Part shown: positions 1 through 16,350 of the stretch, one piece after another | How positions within the stretch are numbered: position 1 is the first letter of the stretch | Layout of the letters: each line of letters starts with the position of its first letter | Assembly: GCA_028534125.1 (NCBI GenBank) | Contig: CM052827.1 | Span: 33,914,001 to 33,978,000 of the forward strand | Source of the DNA: Lama glama | Lineage: Eukaryota | Direction: 5' to 3' | Length of the DNA: 64,000 bases | The notes under the pieces: model-generated | Told to the model about the DNA's origin: nothing | What the model saw: the letters and a program-made list of their open reading frames with translations, nothing else | Database searches by the model: none | Made by a program: the position numbers and the translations under genes

Positions 1-3386
<3,386 letters not shown>

Positions 3387-3522
3387 AACCCCCACCACCT
3401 GGAAGACAGCCTGGCTGAGGGGTTGGTCGGCAGCAGCACGTTGTGCGCCACTTTCTTGAGCCCCAGGTGGAGGCTGAGTGAAGCCCTCCTACTCGGAGGC
3501 CCCTTTCTAATATGGAGACCTG

Positions 3523-3528
3523 CATAAA
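3523..3528 (+). terminator. Candidate variant poly(A) signal (CATAAA) for HSF4
   Basis: CATAAA about 140 nt after the stop codon, followed by a U/GU-rich tract (tttttttctgtgtttctgg). No canonical AATAAA nearby. Confidence 0.45.
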
Positions 3529-3819
3529 ATTGCGTTTTTTTCTGTGTTTCTGGTCTCTTTTCTCTACTGGCCAGGGAGCACAGAAGTCATGGCAGGGGAC
3601 GATTTTGCATTCAAAGAAGCATCCACCTGCAGCAAGGCTTAAGGAAACACCCAGAAAGCCAAACACAAAAACAAAACCCAAAAACCAAAAGGCAAAGAAG
3701 CATCCAGATCCTAGAACTTTAATCTTTTATCAAGGAACCCCTGGAGAGTGGAGGTGCTTGAGGAGCCTGCCCCTAGTTTTCCTGCTTAGGCCCCTGTCCT
3801 CCGGGTCTGGATGCAGGGC

Positions 3820-4560
3820 TGGCGCGCGGTCACTGAGATCGCCGGGAAGAGGGGGCTTTTAGGGTCACACCCAGCTCCGCAGTGCATCCGCTCTGTGATC
3901 CTGCGTAAGCTGGTCTCGTTCTCTGAGCCTTATCTGTGACAAGCAGAGAGGGGTCGATGAGAGAGTAGGTGTAAAACGCCTGGGAATTGCTGGGGTATTT
4001 GGGGACACCAGCTGAACTGTGTTCTCCCTGACTCACCCAGCGCGCGCGGGGTAGAGAGGGAAAGCCCACTACGTGTACGTGCCCAGGCGGTACGCGGCCT
4101 CTGCGGCCTGCCTCCCCGCGTCCGGAGAAGAACGCCCCCCTTTCCCCACCCCTTCCCGGTTCCCGGCAGTACTGGCCGCCCCGCCCCACCGCAGCTGCTG
4201 CTCCCATCCCCACCCCGCCCGGCCCTTTCTGCCTCGTCATCTCCTGGCCCCTCCTGCCCCGCCGAGGCTCGAGGATCGACCCGTGAGTGGGGCGGCCGGG
4301 AGGGCACGGACTGGGAGCCCCACCCCTGCGGCTGGGGGAGGGAAGAGAGACTGACATTAGGCAAAATCCGCGCCCCACCACCACCAGCCGCGCCCGAAGG
4401 AAGTCTGTGAGACCCTCCCCTCCGCAGGACTCTAGCACTGGGTCTGGGTGGAGGGGACGTAAGGGGTCGCACGAGCGCTAAGGCTCCGGCACTTTCCCAC
4501 AACCTTCGCTCCTTAGCAAAAGAACGCGCGCAGCGAGGTAGGAAGGGCGGCCGAGATCCT
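3820..4560 (+). promoter_or_regulatory. CpG-island promoter and probable non-coding first exon of NOL3, with tandem hypoxia-response elements
   Basis: CpG-dense stretch with GC boxes. TACGTG-TACGTG at 4070-4081. Candidate donor ac|gtaagg after 4458. Confidence 0.65.
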
Positions 4561-6886
4561 CCTCTCCGCCTCGCTCCTGGAGCTGCCTGGTGCTCCAAGA
4601 AGAATCTGAGCTGTGACCATTGAAGGACATAAATTCGGAATTCATTTCTGAGCATTTAGTGTCAGAGGACCCAGACCAGCTGGGGTCTCTGCAGTCCAAA
4701 CAGGACAAAGGACAAGACTTGGATAACGGGAGGAGGAGGCTAATGTGAAAATAACGAGGGGAGTAGTGAGAGAGAAGGAAGGGCCAATATAAACTGCCCC
4801 TTCCCTCTCTGCACCTGTAGAGAGTAGGTTCTGTCCTCTCTCCCTTCCTGGACCTGTGATTGGAGGGGCTGTCTTTGAAAGCCCCAGGTAAAGAGGCCAG
4901 AGGGTCCATGTATATACAGTGCAGTGACGTCAGTGAGGGTATATGCTGTTCACTGGGGTGCAGAGGAGAAGGAACCATTCTGCCTTTGAGACACTCAGGC
5001 GTTGTTGTGGACAAGGGGACATCTGAGTCTTGGAGGATGGGCCCACAGCATGGAAGGAGAGAAGGGTATTCCAGGCCTAGGGAACAGCATCTGGTTCGGA
5101 AGTGCCAGGGGCTTAGCGAGTTCTCCTCGTACTGAGTGATGAAGGGAAGTAGGGGAAAGCCTGGCCATCCATGGGGTGGGAGGTCACTATAGCTGCCAGG
5201 CAGATAGTCTGGATTCTCTCTGATGGCCAGTGGGGGTCGGGCGACAGGTAGTTATGGCTGACATTCTGCTTGGCAGGAGACCTATTGTAGTTCAGGCTGG
5301 AGCAAGTCAGATTCCAATTCTGTCACTTAGTCTCTCTGAGCCTGTCTCCTTGTTTGTAAAATGGGGACCAGAGCCCAACCTCCAGGGAGTTGTCAGAGGC
5401 ACTATTCTGTGGGGGTGATGGGATGGGAGTGAGAGGTACTCAGACAGACTGTGATAGGAGGTGAGGTGACCATGGTGGGGTTGAGAGAGATGCTGATAGA
5501 GACTCAGTGAGAGGAGAGGAGCAGCATTTGTCACAGATGAGACATGAAGGGCGATGGATAGACAAAGGGTATTTCTGGTCCCTGCTCATGGCCTGGGGTA
5601 AGGGCTGACACTTCAGAATGGCTAGGAGGGGTGCAATGACCAGAGAGGCATAACACAACACCAGATAGTGAGAGAGACCTGGGAGGCAGGATGGGTACTA
5701 GGACCAAATTCGCTCTCCCAGACCTAGAGCCAGGTAAGGAGGTAGAGGAGGGACCCTGAAGGAGGTGCTGTATGGACAAACGGAAGGCCAGGGGAGATGG
5801 GCTGAGAGAGGGTGTGGGCCAGGGCCTGACCTATTTGCCCCTTAATGCCAGGGGCCTTGCTGCCTGGGTCAGACCACCCAAAAGGAGGTGGGCCATTGTC
5901 CTTGTTAATAAGTGAACAAAGCAGATTAATTTCTGCCTAACACCTGCTGTTTGGTAGAGACAGTCTCTCAAAATGGGACAGTGCATGGAGGAAAACAGTG
6001 AAAGTTTGGCATTTGCTGGTAGCTTTTATGAGTTGGGCCCTAGCTACTTCAAGATGAAGGCTGTGAATCATTCCCAGGGCAGCAAGGAGATAGTCTGGTC
6101 TCAGGTGATGTCAGGAGATCTTGGTCAGAGCGAAGACTGGAGTATCCCTCCTCAGATATTAGAGAACCAGGTGAAACCGTGAGACCACGTCAGGGTTACA
6201 ACATGGTGGTGGTATTGGTGGGGGCGGGGCAGGGGCAGGGCCTGTTCTAAACAGAAGGACCTCAAGGTCAGGATAAGGGGTCTGGACTTCTCTAGCAGGT
6301 GAGAGGAGCAGGGGAGGCTCTCAGCACTTTGGGCTCTGGCGGGGGGGATTTGGGGCTCTGCAAAGTCTAGGCTGGAAGTGAAAGGCTAGACTAAGTAACT
6401 GGTGCGGTTGACAGAAATATTCAGCAGATAGCCTGGAAAGGACTTGAATGCAAGCTGAGTGTGTATCGGGATCAATCGTAGGTCTTTCTGCTCGTTAAGT
6501 TCAGGAAGCAGATTGGGAAATAGAAGTTGGTTTGGGATAAACTAGGTCTAAATCCATGGCGGAATCTGCAAGTGGTGGGGGCTCAGGAGGAAGTCCTGTT
6601 TGAGGAGAGCTGTTAGAGGTTCCTGGGATAGTGTAGAGGAGAAGAGAGCCACAGCAGACACTTAGGGAGCGAAGGAGAAGCCTGAGGAGACAGAAGCGGC
6701 GAGAGAGGCTGGAGAATGAGTCCTTCGCTGTGCCGCCGCGGAACTGTCCGGCCGCCGGCCACCGAGGTCGAGGTGAAATTAAACCCCAGCCACAGGTGTT
6801 ACCTGGGGCCCTGGGAAAGAAATCAAGGGCAGGGGAGCTCCGGCCTCCACTACCTATCTACCCCCACCTCCCCTGCAGCCCCCACC

Positions 6887-7746
6887 ATGGGCAACGCGCA
6901 AGAGAGGCCATCAGAGACGATCGACCGTGAGCGGAAACGCTTAGTCGAAACACTGCAGGCGGACTCAGGGCTGCTGCTGGATGCGCTTCTGGCACGCGGC
7001 GTGCTCACCGGGCCCGAGTACGAGGCTTTGGATGCGTTGCCTGACGCCGAGCGCAGGGTGCGCCGCCTGCTGCTGTTGGTTCAGAGTAAGGGCGAGGCCG
7101 CCTGCCAGGAGCTGCTCAGCTGCGCCCAGCGTACCATGCGTGCGCCTGACCCCGCCTGGGACTGGCAGCACGTGGGCACCGGTGAGCGCATGGGGGGGCG
7201 GGGCCTAGGTCTAAGGAGGACGCATGGCGTGGGGAGGGGCGTGGGGGCACGGAGTTGCGGTCTGCGGAAAAGAACCACACGTGTGCAGAGGAAAACGCAG
7301 TGGGGTAAATTGAGCCTAAGGCAGTCCCACCTTCACAGGCTACCAGGAACGAAGCTACGACCCTCCATGCCCAGGCCACTGGACGCCTGAGGCAGCCGGC
7401 TCAGGGACCACATGCCCTGGGCTACCTAGAGCTTCAGACTCTGATGAGACCAGGGGTCCTGAGGACTCCGAGGCAGCGCACTCTGGAACCCTCGAGGAAC
7501 CCGAGCCGGAGCTAGAAGCTGAGGCCCCTGAAGGGGCTGAGCCGGAGTTAGAACCCCAAATGGATCCGGAGCCACAGGCAGAGGTAGAACCAGAGCCGGA
7601 ACTGGAGCCGGAACCTGACTTCGAGGCAGGAGACGAGTCTGAAGGTGTGTGGTTACCCAAACCTGGCGGGAGGGCGAGGCCTGGGGGGCGAAGGTCAGGG
7701 CTCCACCTGACTGATCACGCCCCTTCCGTTGTCTCTAGATTCCTGA
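6887..7746 (+). CDS. NOL3: Apoptosis repressor with CARD (ARC), 202 aa
   Basis: Kozak ccaccATGG at 6887. Exons 6887-7181, 7339-7644 and 7739-7746 total 609 nt. CARD domain [40 protein letters not shown]-rich tail, conserved T149 (SGT). AATAAA at 7860-7865. Confidence 0.97.
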
Positions 7747-9472
7747 AGGCCATAGCGCTGTCAGGCTGTTCTACACCCTGGCAGGATAGGATCTGGGATC
7801 CTGCCCTGGTGGGGTCAGATGCCAACAAGGCTCCACCTGGCCCAATACCACTGAAAGTTAATAAACTCTGGAGGGTCAGCCTGGACTCTGTGATTCTAGA
7901 TTTTTGCCCAGGAACTAGGGTGTGGATCTGTGCTTCTAAGTCCCAGTGATCTGGGCAGCCATGTGCCCATGGCCCATTCTTCAGTCCCATTCCATCCTCA
8001 ATAGCCCAAGCTGCACCACTGGAGATCCCAGACCCATGTCCCCAGTGGGACAAGGGCCACACTCTTGGGCCCTGCTCCAAGGCCCTTTTATTCTCATGAA
8101 CCATTTGAGGTCATGTGCAGTCACCAGCCCCAGTCCATGAAAGCCCCTGGGTCTGGCACAGAGAGCCAGGAAAGGGGGACTTCTCTCCACTTAGGGAACG
8201 CTAGAGCTCACAGCCTCGGGAAGTGAAATAAGGAGAAAGAGGAAGAGATCTTGGGTAGACAGAGCCCACACACTTCACTGTAATTGTTGTTTTAATTGGC
8301 TTCTCTAAGGACTGGGAGCTCAGTACGTGTTCTGGCCAGTTAACTGGCACATTGAAGGTGCTTTATACATATTCGCTGACTAAATGAATAAGTACTTTTC
8401 AGCTGCATTCACGAGTTTTCAGATGGGAAAAATAAAGGCCAAGGGTGGGAGTGGGACTGGGTCAGCCTCACACAGCTGATTCTGAGGTGAAACTGAAAGC
8501 AACAATCATCTCAATGCCACTCCTGGTCTAGGAAGGGCTCAGGGCTTGGAACAACTAGGGGCCTGCCCCTCAGGCTTGATTGTGGCTGCTGCCAGACTAT
8601 GCCAGCCTCTGCCAAACACCATCTATGAGTGTGTAGGCAAAGACAGGGACAGCGGAGGCCAGTTCAGGGGGTGAGGGCAGGGCCAAGTGGGCTCTCGGCT
8701 CGACTCACAAGGCCTGTGGGTGTGTGCGTGAGCATGTGCACATGTGTATGAGCTAAGAGTGGAGTTAGGAACAGTTGGTGCCTTCCAGAGGAGCCCTGTT
8801 CCCTCCACCAAACCTTCAGAAACTGCTGCCTCCCGGCCCCAGGAAATAAAGCACATAAACAAGGAATAAATACATGACAGTGGGAGAGGCAAAATGCTGG
8901 AAAGCACACCCCAGCCCAGCTGGGTCTCTACTGCCAAGATACCTGCCCCTTGAGTCTGTGTGAAAGCCAAGACTTCACACTCAGGCAATCACCCCAGGAG
9001 AAGGGAGACCCCCACCAGGACCCAGTGAGAGGTAGACAGCATGAAAGCTGAAGGAGCACCAAGGGGCCAGGTGGGGGAGGGGGGAATGACTGGAGTATGC
9101 AGACACCCAAAGCCATCTCATGCAAGGATAAGTTTCTACTCCCAAATCACCCCCCACCCCCATCCATGCTCAGCTTCCTTCCTGCCCCCAGGCTTTCTCT
9201 CTGCTCAACAGACAGCTGGAGGTAGGGGGGCAGACTTAGTTTGCCTGACATGCTGCTGTTGGCCCTCAGGCCCCAGTGAGGCCAGCAAAAGACACAAACT
9301 CTCTGATGTTGCCATTTGTCCCTCCTAAGATGCTCCTGCCCTCCCTGTTCCCCAAGAAACACCCAGGCTCTGGAAGCACAGAGCAGCCAGCTTCATGTTC
9401 TGGGGCCTGATCTGGAGCCCTCTGACCAGGGCCTCTCTGTCCAGGTCTGCTACTTATAGCCCTCAACCAGCA

Positions 9473-12400
9473 TCAGTCAGGCAGCAGGCGGCCCAGCTCC
9501 GCCTCATCCAGCCGGTTGGTGGCCATGATGTGCTCCAGCTGCTGCCGGTAGCGCGCCAAGTCCTGCATGAAGTGGGGCACCCGGGTATTGTCCAGCACCC
9601 CATGGGGCCGAAGGTGGTCTACATCTTCATAGGACACCTGCAGGAAGGAAGCTGGGCCTCAGGGGTAGGCAGAATGTCCAGGCTTTCAGGCAGCTGCTCC
9701 CAGCTCTCTTGCAACAGCCCATAGCCCTGTGCTCCTGGAACTCCTCTCTCTGCCCTCCTGATCCACTCCCAACATTGTGTACCCTGAGACTCAGTCCTAG
9801 GTATCTGCCCTTTCTCTTAATACCTTCTTTTATTATCTGTGCCCTACAATCCCACTCCTGTCCCTAGTCCAGCTTCCCCCCTCACCGCCAAACCTGGGTA
9901 TCCAACTGCCTTCCAAACACCTTCTCTTGGCTATCTCTCAGGCACCTCAGACTCCCCATATCCAATGCTGAATTCCTATGTCCCAGCTTATGCCAGCCTC
10001 ACCCTCTTCACAGTCCCTTAGGTCGATTCCAAGGAGGAGGCTTAGAATCTGTCACTCTCCCAGAGTGGCCACTCAGTTAAAAAGGATTCCACTCTCTGAA
10101 GATCTCTCCAGCTTGCCCCTCCCTCTCCAACTGCATGGCCTCTGCGAGGTTAGGCCAGACTACCATCAATTCTGCAAGAGTGATTGGAAAAGCCTCCTCC
10201 TCTTCTCCCTGCACTCCCTTCCCTGGGCCTCCCCTTCCACAGGGAGCCTTCTAAAGCAAACATCTGTGCTACTCTTCTGCTTAAAGCTCTCAGATTCCTC
10301 ACTGCTTTGGATGAAGTACACCTTCCTCAGTCTGGCACAGATACCCAGTGCCAGGGACTTGGTCCCTGGCCATTTCTTCAGTCTCCTTGGCCAGGCCTTC
10401 CTGACTGTTCCCTTAGCCTGGAAGGCTCACCTGTTTTGAGATGCAGTGTCTACACACACACACCTGTGGGCTGGGTCTCTACTATTGGCTGCCAGACTGT
10501 CATTTCATCTCCTGTGCTCACCTCCACCCACACTCCCCCAATCAGAGAGGCCTGGCACCCAATTAGAGGCTCAGGGAATCGTGAAGTGATAGGGAGAGCT
10601 GGCTGGGACTTCTGAAGGCCCGTGGCCCCTCACCTTGCCCAGCGAGGTCAGTAGCGGGAAATCGATGGTCTGGCGATGCCGCAGAATGCGCACTATGCCG
10701 TCTAGGTACACCTGGTCCTTGCTGAAGCAGCCTGTGGATACCGGAGGGTGGTAAGCCCTGGGCTGAAGCCCCACCCTAACCCTCTGCCCCCTAGATCAGG
10801 ACACTCCCCCCAGCGTGGGCGCCCACCCGGCAGCGAAGTGTCTGTCTGGCCACGCTTGGCGCGCACGCAGTACTCCCAGCGCACATCCGCGTCCTGCACG
10901 TAGCGTGCCAGGTCCTGGAAGAGCTGACGGAAGGACATGTGCGCAGCGCGGTGGATGGTGTAGTAGAGCAACGCTGCGCGCCACAGGAAGGGCTGCTTGC
11001 GGAACAGCACGCTGTGTAGGCTGGCCAGGCCCTCCTCGGTGGGGTTTGCTGGCCGCAGCCCGTACTGCAACCGGCCCTCGGCGCTGTGCCATGGCTGCCG
11101 CGCGTTGTTCACACCCCGAAGGTAGTGGGTACCTGAGGGGAGTAGGAGGCTGCGCTTGGCCAGGCATCCAGGGGACCCACCTGCCTGGCCCGGGCCCTGC
11201 TATGCCCAGCTGGACCTGTAGCTGATGACTCACTTATCCTCATGCCCCTAAACTCAGGTTCTCACGCAAGTTCCCTCGACCCCAAACTCATACTCACCCA
11301 ACCCTAGGCAGCATGAAGACCCTCCTCAGGTGAACTCACATGCAAGGATTCAGAATCTCGCATGCAAGAATCCTCCCCCACCTGTCCAGGGCTACACACA
11401 CACCTCTCCCAAACTCACACTGCCCCCCAACCCCTAGAAAGGAGCAGGAACTCATATACCTCCCTGGCCCCACATCCTGGGCAATGCCCATATTCTGCTG
11501 ATGTCCCCAGCAAAAAACCACCTTTTGCCCAGAGCAACAGGATTCCTGATGAGGAGGGCCAGGCAAAAAATAATAGTGTCCCAAGCTCTCCTTTCCAGCC
11601 TGGTCTATCCCCTCCTAAACCCAGCTCTGTGTGTCTTCAGCCAATTTCATTCCCAGGATCTGAACTTCCACCCACCCTGGAGGGCCTGCATGTTGGCTGG
11701 GCTAGTGGGACACTTAGGGTCCTCCCTCTGGCCTCTCTGGGCCTCAGCAGTCTTGCCCCCCTGTCAAAGGAAATCAAAGAGGAAGTAGAGGGAAGAAAAG
11801 ATACCCAAAAGGAACAAGAGATGAGAGTGAGCCCAGAGAGTGGGCAGGCATGTACCTCTGTGAGCCAGAGGGAAGTAGCTGCTCACGAAGGGAAGGGGCC
11901 TGTCCTCCGGATGGAAGGGGGAAAAAGAAAAGGGGTGGGGTTACTGGAGCCCCTCACTGCCCCCCATGTCCCAACCCCATCTCACCCCTACACACCCACC
12001 CACCTACCCATACTCTGACCTATCTCATGCCGCAGCATGCCCTCCAACCAATACTGGCGGGCTCCAGTCAGGTTGATGGCCAATGTTGGTCGGCTGTTCT
12101 CCACCATCATCACTGCCTGGGACAGCAGGTCCTCACTCAGCTGCACCACAACCTGTAAGTGACAGTGCCCTGAACCATGGACACCAGCCCTGGGGCCAGT
12201 GTGCAGGTAGACCCACTGATGTCACAGGGAAGCCAGGTTGGACACTTGGCCAGGACTCCCACCCTTTCCCACCTCTGCTCAGTGGCAGCTCCTACCTTCC
12301 TGGGGCAGGGACAGGGACAGGGACATGGGCTTGCCTGTGGTCACTAGCTCCAACAGTGTGGAGCTGGGCCTAGCACTGCCAACTTGGCAGCCTGGTTTGG

Positions 12401-13236
12401 GGCATGTGGAAAAGGGGTCTCACAGGCAGGGCAAGCTCACCTCCCCGACACAGCCCTCCTTCTGCATGTATTTGCGCACAATGGACCAGATCTGGCACTT
12501 GGTCAGCAGCTGGCCCCCAGTCGCAGCCTCAAAGTGTTCATAGGTGCCAAACTTCTCCAGGACAGCCTCAATGATGCCAACTGCCTGCACAAAGGGCCAC
12601 AGTAGTGGGTAAGGTGAAGTCTCTCAGATGGTCAGAGCCAGGGTGAGGTGGGCAATCTGGACTGACCTGATGGATGAACTGTCCAGAGGCCTCACAGTAC
12701 TTCTCCAGCACAGCCGTAGGCATGGGCTCCTGGTACTCGAACTGTGGATTGTAGGTGTACTGGGACTGGAAGAACTTGTCCCGCTCATAGTCCATGTTGG
12801 TTGGCCGCAGAGCCACCAACATGCAGGGGCTCTTGCTGGCACCACGGCCTGCATCCTTTCGAGTCTTAGCAATGTGAGGCAGGGAGGCCGCAGACCGCAG
12901 GGTGCCCCCACCTGGGTTCCGGCCTCGTCCAGGTGGGGCCCGGCCCTGGGTGCCGCTCCCCCGCCGACCAGCACTGTTTATGGTGTAGGTGCTCTCACTG
13001 CGACGCATGTGGCCTTGGTGGCCCAAGTCCAGCTTTGAGAAGGGCTGCAGCTCAGGCCTGGGCCGGAGGGCTGAGGGGACAGACACAGCCTGGGGCAAGG
13101 CCAGAGACTGAGGCCAGGGGTACAGTGCTGTCCCATTTTGGTCTGAGGGCTTCAGCCTACGGCCCAAGGATGAGGGACTGGCTGGCGGGCTGGGGGGAGT
13201 CTGCTCATACACCTGAGCCCCTGAGTCCAGCACCAT
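9473..13236 (-). CDS. MATCAP1: Microtubule-associated tyrosine carboxypeptidase 1 (KIAA0895L), 471 aa
   Basis: Exons 13236-12667, 12584-12441, 12152-12020, 11132-10827, 10731-10634 and 9637-9473 total 1416 nt, open. N-terminus MVLDSGAQVYEQ. Zn-binding HEIGTH (HExxxH) spans the exon 3/4 junction. PTEEGLA present. C-terminus ELGRLLPD*. Confidence 0.96.
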
Positions 13237-14163
13237 TCTGTTCTGGGGGTCACATCCAGCTGGATCACTCCAACTCCCCACACTGTTGACTTCTGGGGAC
13301 ACAGAAAGGCATATGGAGGCCAACATGAGTGAGTGTGGCATGAGGACCAGCAGGCCCTGTGCGCCACACTGTCTTTGCCCGGCACTTGATGGGCCCAGAA
13401 CCTGATGCCAGGTCTTCTTCATCTGCCCTCTTACCTCCATCCCACTGCCTACCCCTCCAGCAGGCTCATCCAAGCAAGTTGGACTGGGGCAAAGCTGGAG
13501 GAAGAGTCTTATACACCTACCAGGATGGTGGTTACTCAAATCCCCTTAGCCTGTGAGCTCCCGTGAGCAAGGCGTAAGCACCTACTCATGATTTTAATCC
13601 CTGTGCTCAGCACCCACCCTGACTGGAAGCTGATACAATGTAGCCTCAGCTGCTAGGATGACGGATGAGGGGATCTCACTACCTTCTACCTGCCTTCTAC
13701 CTATGGCATTTTCTCAGTCTCACCCCGCCCCTCCCACCTAGCTCCACCCATCTCCTTCAGCCCATTGGGCCTCAGTTTGAATGCCTGCATGCCCCTTGCT
13801 TATGTCAGTCCCTCCACATGCAATGCTCTCTCTTCTCTGGGCCGTCTGTTCAAATCCAAATTAGAATCAGCTTTTGGTGTACAGAGGGAAAATTCAGCAA
13901 ATCCAAGGTAGTCCTTGGTCTGTCCCCTATCAGAGACATCTTCCTAGTGGTCATCCAAGGCCACTGTCAGGACACTCACCCCTGAATCTGAACGGCTCAG
14001 TCCAATCCAGTCTCTCCCCAGAAACTGACTGAAGTCTCCAGCCTCCAAGCTCTCCTGCATGCTCAGGGACGCAATTCCAGCATTTCTCCTCTCTCCTTCA
14101 TCTCCTACATCATCAATCTCTTCCTTTCTACTGAATTCTTCCCATCAGAATAAACACAAGCTG

Positions 14164-14270
14164 GGGGTGGTGGTAGCTGGGTATAGCTAAGTGATAGAGC
14201 ACATGCTTAGTGTGCACAAGGTCCTGGGTTCAATCCCCAAGACCTCCATTACAAAAAAAAAAAAAAAGAG
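14164..14270 (+). mobile_element. tRNA-derived SINE (camelid Vic-1-like)
   Basis: A-box-like gggtatagctaagtg, B-box gggttcaatcccc, poly(A) tail. TSD ataaacacaagctg (14150-14163) / ataaacacatgctg (14271-14284). Confidence 0.85.
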
Positions 14271-14289
14271 ATAAACACATGCTGTCATT

Positions 14290-15115
14290 TTTTCATCTTA
14301 AAAAACAAAACCCTCACTTGACTCTACACTCTTCCAGCTCCACTGTTCCTCGGGGCAGCACAACACCTCGAGTCATCTATACTTGGTTCCCAATTTCTTC
14401 CTTGCTGTTCTTGCTTAAATTTCACTCCAATTAGGCCCCCCCCCCCAGTCTCCATCAAAACTGATCTGACCAAGGTCACCAATGGTCTTCATCTTAATTA
14501 GTAGAACCTGACAAAATTAATCACTTAATTTTGGTTTGACCACATTCTCCACTTGGTTCCCAAATACACCGCAACTCAGTTCTCCCACCTCACTGGCTGT
14601 TTGTTCTTGGTATTCCTTTCTGGTCATCCCTATCTTCCTGACCTTTTAACACTGTAATTCCCGGGACCTGGAAACTTCTCTCCTCTTCTCCATTTATGCA
14701 CACTCCCTAGGTGATCTCATCTACCCTCATGGTTTTAAATATGTGAGCCCAGATTTCTTCCAAAAACTTCAGCATTGCCAGTTCTCAATTCAACATCTTT
14801 ACTTGAATGTATACAGGCATTTCAAACTGAACATGTTCCCTGTCTGGAATGTTTTCCCCCCATATAACTGCAAGGGTCACTCTCTCACTTTTCTCAGATT
14901 TCTGTACAAATATGTTATTAGAAAAGCCTGCCTAATACACCCTTTATAAAATAGGAAACCTCCCTTTCCCCACACTACTGTCCTCTGAAGCAGTTATCAC
15001 TGTCTGAAGTATAGTATATGTGAAGATTAGTTATGTTTTCCCCTTTTAGGTGTTCACAGCTGTGTCTCCAGAACAGTACCTGACCCAGAGCAGTTGCTCA
15101 ATAAACGAATGAACC
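14290..15115 (+). mobile_element. Degraded LINE-2 fragments
   Basis: L2-like motifs (caaggtcaccaatgg, ctccctaggtgatctcatc, ttcaaactgaacatg) and an L2 3' terminus tcaataaacgaatgaa. Boundaries approximate. Confidence 0.5.
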
Positions 15116-15719
15116 CAAGAGCCCTTTTCTTTGTCAGAAATGGAATCATTCCTTCCCTGCACTTTTCTTCCCCATCTAGATCTGATCCCCTCCCCCTCTT
15201 CCCCACCTTCCTGCACTCTGCCTATTGATAAGCTTCTTGAAAAGATTTCAGGCTTCAGGTTTCCCTCCCCTCAACTAACTATACACTTCTCTGGATTTCT
15301 TACTGGTCTCTAAGCCTCTGTTTTTTTCAATCCTCTTCATCTCCCCTTCTTTCATTTGACCTACCTCTTTGCAATTACCAGAATATGTCTGTTTCTTTCA
15401 TGTCTCAGGTCCTTCTTCCAAAAATGCCCTCCCAATGTCTCCCTACAGCAAACTCCTAACCATTCTTCAGGGCTGGGTTTAGGCCTCACCTCCTCCGGGA
15501 AGCCTTCCCAGCGTCTTAGAGGCTCCCAGTGCCTAGGCGGCTTCTTTACCAACCTAGGCTGTCACTGTCGGAACCTAGGTCCATGTCCCCTAACATCCCC
15601 TGAACTTCCTGAGGGCAGTGACGGGTCTGATTCACCTCCATGACCCAAGCACCCAGGCCTATACGCAGAATGAATGAAAGATGGCTGTGGGAGGAGCCCA
15701 TATTGAAGGCGGTGTCTGG

Positions 15720-16350
15720 TGACAAATAAGAGGGTGTGACCTGCACCAATGAGAAACTCCGGGAGAGGATAACGTGGAAGGGGAGCCAATGGGGACGGGG
15801 AGATCGAGGAGGGGCGTGACCTGCAGCCAATAAGTGGCGGGGGACGGGGCAAAGGGCGTGCCCAATGGAGGGCGGGGCCAGAAGACAATGGAGCCGGGGG
15901 TTCCCTGGTAGATGAGGAGGGGTCGCGTCAAATGCCTTCTTGGCCTCTAGGGGGTGAGGGGATTCCATCCGCGCGCCGCGCCCCCACCTGTTCGCTCCTC
16001 TTCTCGCCGCTGTCGTTCTCGCTCCGCAATATCGATCGCTGGCCGCCCAGCCCGCGGGAGCCAACGCGGTGACGCACGCACTCGGGCGTGCGCACGCTCA
16101 CAGGAAGGCTTGCGGATTCGCGTCAATCTCCGCACGCGCCAAAGAACACGGTTCGGGGTGGGGCCGGGCAGATCAGAGGGGGAGTTGTCCACCACCAGGT
16201 CACGCCCCTTGGTGGGCCGTTTTCTTAAGCCCGCCTCCTCCACAAGGCCTGGGTGGATTTCCGATGTTCAGGTGCTATTCCGCGGTGGGACTAGGGGCGG
16301 TGGAGACCGGAGCTCACCGCCCCTGCGCGCGTACATGGGGATGTAGTCCG
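15720..16350 (-). promoter_or_regulatory. CpG island / probable MATCAP1 promoter region with a CCAAT-box array
   Basis: CpG-rich. CCAAT at 15746, 15786, 15827 and 15862, plus GC boxes. Lies between the EXOC3L1 3' end and the MATCAP1 coding exons. Confidence 0.6.

Noticed and set aside
3830-4655. Long minus-strand ORFs (202 and 241 aa) over the NOL3 promoter
   Set aside because: Low-complexity R/G/P/A-rich translations are expected by chance in stop-poor CpG islands.
6716-6886. Upstream in-frame ATG extension of NOL3 (ORF 6716-7390)
   Set aside because: An acceptor (ctgcag 6873-6878) and a strong Kozak ATG at 6887 explain the CDS. The extension has no recognisable similarity.
13237-13539. 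101-codon in-frame N-terminal extension of MATCAP1 in the ORF track
   Set aside because: A candidate acceptor at about 13293 lies just upstream of the MVLDSG start, which already gives the expected 471 aa. The extension is most likely intron or UTR.
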